64,000 nucleotides of DNA. Origin: Lingula anatina. Taxonomy: Eukaryota > Animalia > Brachiopoda. The stretch is taken from contig CM120647.1 of assembly GCA_051362555.1 (NCBI GenBank), forward strand, positions 10,578,651-10,642,650, in the 5' to 3' direction. Positions 63,201 through 64,000 of the stretch are shown here, one piece after another. Under the pieces are notes generated by a model. It was not told the origin of the DNA. It searched no databases and saw nothing but the letters and a program-made list of their open reading frames with translations. Position 1 is the stretch's first letter; each line of letters opens with the position of its first letter. Position numbers and translations under genes: made by a program.

Positions 63201-63692
63201 CTGGCAATCTTTAAAGCTGAAATTGGGGGCTTTAATGAAGTGACCCGGGCGCGTTTCCACATTTTTTATGAATGTCAGGTGTGGTAAATTAATTTTCATC
63301 ACTTTTTGGAAAAATTGGTGACGGGTCATTTTTGGGTGATTTTGAGAGATTTTCGTAAGGTCCAGATATGGCAGTTTTCTTCAATTTTGGCCAGGTAGGG
63401 ATGAAAAATTTTTTTCTTCAATATTGTGTCAGGTAGGTGTGTTTGGTCATTTGTAGTGAGGGTAAAGTGCTGGAAGAGTGATTGTGTCATTATTTAGGAA
63501 GAAATAGAGCAAAAACTCTCTCCACCCCCCCTCTCTCCAAATCCTGTTCTCAGGTGTGCTTTCTGGCAATCTTTAAAGCTGAAATTGGGGGCTTTAATGA
63601 AGTGACCCGGGCGCGTTTCCACATTTTTTATGAATGTCAGGTGTGGTAAATTAATTTTCATCACTTTTTAGAAAAATTGGTGACGGTGTACC

Positions 63693-63816
63693 ATGAAAAT
63701 CTGACTCCCCTAAAATGTGACTCCCCAGTCAGATTTTCATAATGAAAATCTGACTCCCCAGTCAGATTTTCATTATGAAAATCTGACTCCCCCCATGAAA
63801 TTTTGACTCCCCCCCC
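63693..63816. repeat. Cluster of ATGAAAATCTGACT(CCCC) motifs in alternating orientation, including two 33-bp palindromic tandem units (63727-63759, 63760-63792)
   Basis: Forward copies start at 63693, 63712 (degenerate), 63742, 63775 and 63795 (degenerate). Reverse-complement copies (agtcagattttcat) lie at 63727-63740 and 63760-63773. Confidence 0.93.
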
Positions 63817-63961
63817 AAAAAAAACATTCATTAATCTCATTTTATTTGAGTAAATGACTATGATTTTGTAGTATGCATAATGGATGATACATTGGCACTT
63901 TTTTGTAGTTTGCAGGTGAAAATTTTCATAAAAAAAAAGAAAAATTAAAAATGTGCACATA

Positions 63962-63998
63962 ATGAAAATGTGGTTCCCCTATGAAAATTTGACTCCCC
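63962..63998 (+). repeat. Second cluster of the same motif (two degenerate direct copies), probably continuing past the window
   Basis: atgaaaatgtggttcccc at 63962-63979 and atgaaaatttgactcccc at 63981-63998. Confidence 0.85.
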
Positions 63999-64000
63999 TA

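Larger units (their letters stand above)
1..63686. repeat. Satellite DNA array, 362-bp monomer, ~175 complete copies plus a truncated last copy (63436-63686); open at the left edge of the window
   Basis: The monomer (ggtgtgtttggtcatttgtagtgagggtaaag...caatattgtgtcaggta) recurs every 362 bp, as the ORF track shows (ORF ends at 256, 618 ... 62967, 63329). Period changes of 1-3 bp come mostly from the C7 and A5T7 runs. All copies are in one orientation. Hand-counted GC is about 145/362 (~40%). Confidence 0.99.
63687..64000. mobile_element. Putative terminus of a transposable element inserted in the satellite, best match Ginger1-like DNA transposon end; runs off the window
   Basis: The satellite is cut mid-monomer after ACGG (63683-63686; reverse complement CCGT). 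The new sequence begins TGT and has clustered subterminal repeats. TGT termini and CCGG/CCGT 4-bp target duplications are described for Ginger1. The second terminus, the second target copy and any integrase ORF are not visible. Confidence 0.55.

Noticed and set aside
59-63329. ~170 copies of a 65-aa minus-strand ORF (MTRHQFFQKV...) as a tandem gene family
   Set aside because: It has no recognisable domain. Copies freely acquire frameshifts at the C run and stops or frameshifts elsewhere (units near 8.7, 19.2, 33.4, 35.2, 36.7, 41.4 and 49.4 kb lack it). Many substitutions are nonsynonymous, and the non-ORF part of the monomer is equally conserved.
1-63686. CRISPR array or other repeat-spacer system
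   Set aside because: Whole units are near-identical, with no unique spacers and no cas or other genes.
63727-63792. Mini-CRISPR or intrinsic terminator in the palindromic cluster
   Set aside because: Spacers are only 1-4 nt, and there is no upstream gene or bacterial context.
63898-63917. Splice-acceptor-like ttttttgtagtttgcag|gt
   Set aside because: It is followed by A-rich low-complexity sequence with no credible exon, so it cannot be supported from this window.
63661-63960. 99-aa ORF with GESDFHxENLT repeats
   Set aside because: The 11-aa repeat is simply the translation of the 33-bp palindromic unit. The rest is low-complexity A/T sequence, and the stop lies inside the satellite.

Overview
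About 99.5% of the window (1-63686) is one head-to-tail, single-orientation tandem array of a 362-bp, ~40% GC monomer. There are ~175 full copies plus one truncated copy, and most differ from consensus by 0-3 bases. This is eukaryotic-type satellite DNA; I cannot assign the family or organism. The repeated 65-aa 'ORF' is only a by-product of the repeat. Shared variants show local amplification in blocks of 3, 4, 5 and 7 monomers, strong CpG hypermutability, and one 46-bp duplication with a templated palindromic filler at ~24.0 kb. At 63686/63687 the array stops mid-monomer, directly after ACGG. The new sequence starts with TGT and carries alternating-orientation ATGAAAATCTGACTCCCC motifs. This fits the terminus of a Ginger1-type DNA transposon (TGT termini, CCGG/CCGT target preference) inserted into the satellite, but the other end lies outside the window. 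I find no supportable protein-coding gene, RNA gene or CRISPR array, and no evidence for a new multi-gene system.
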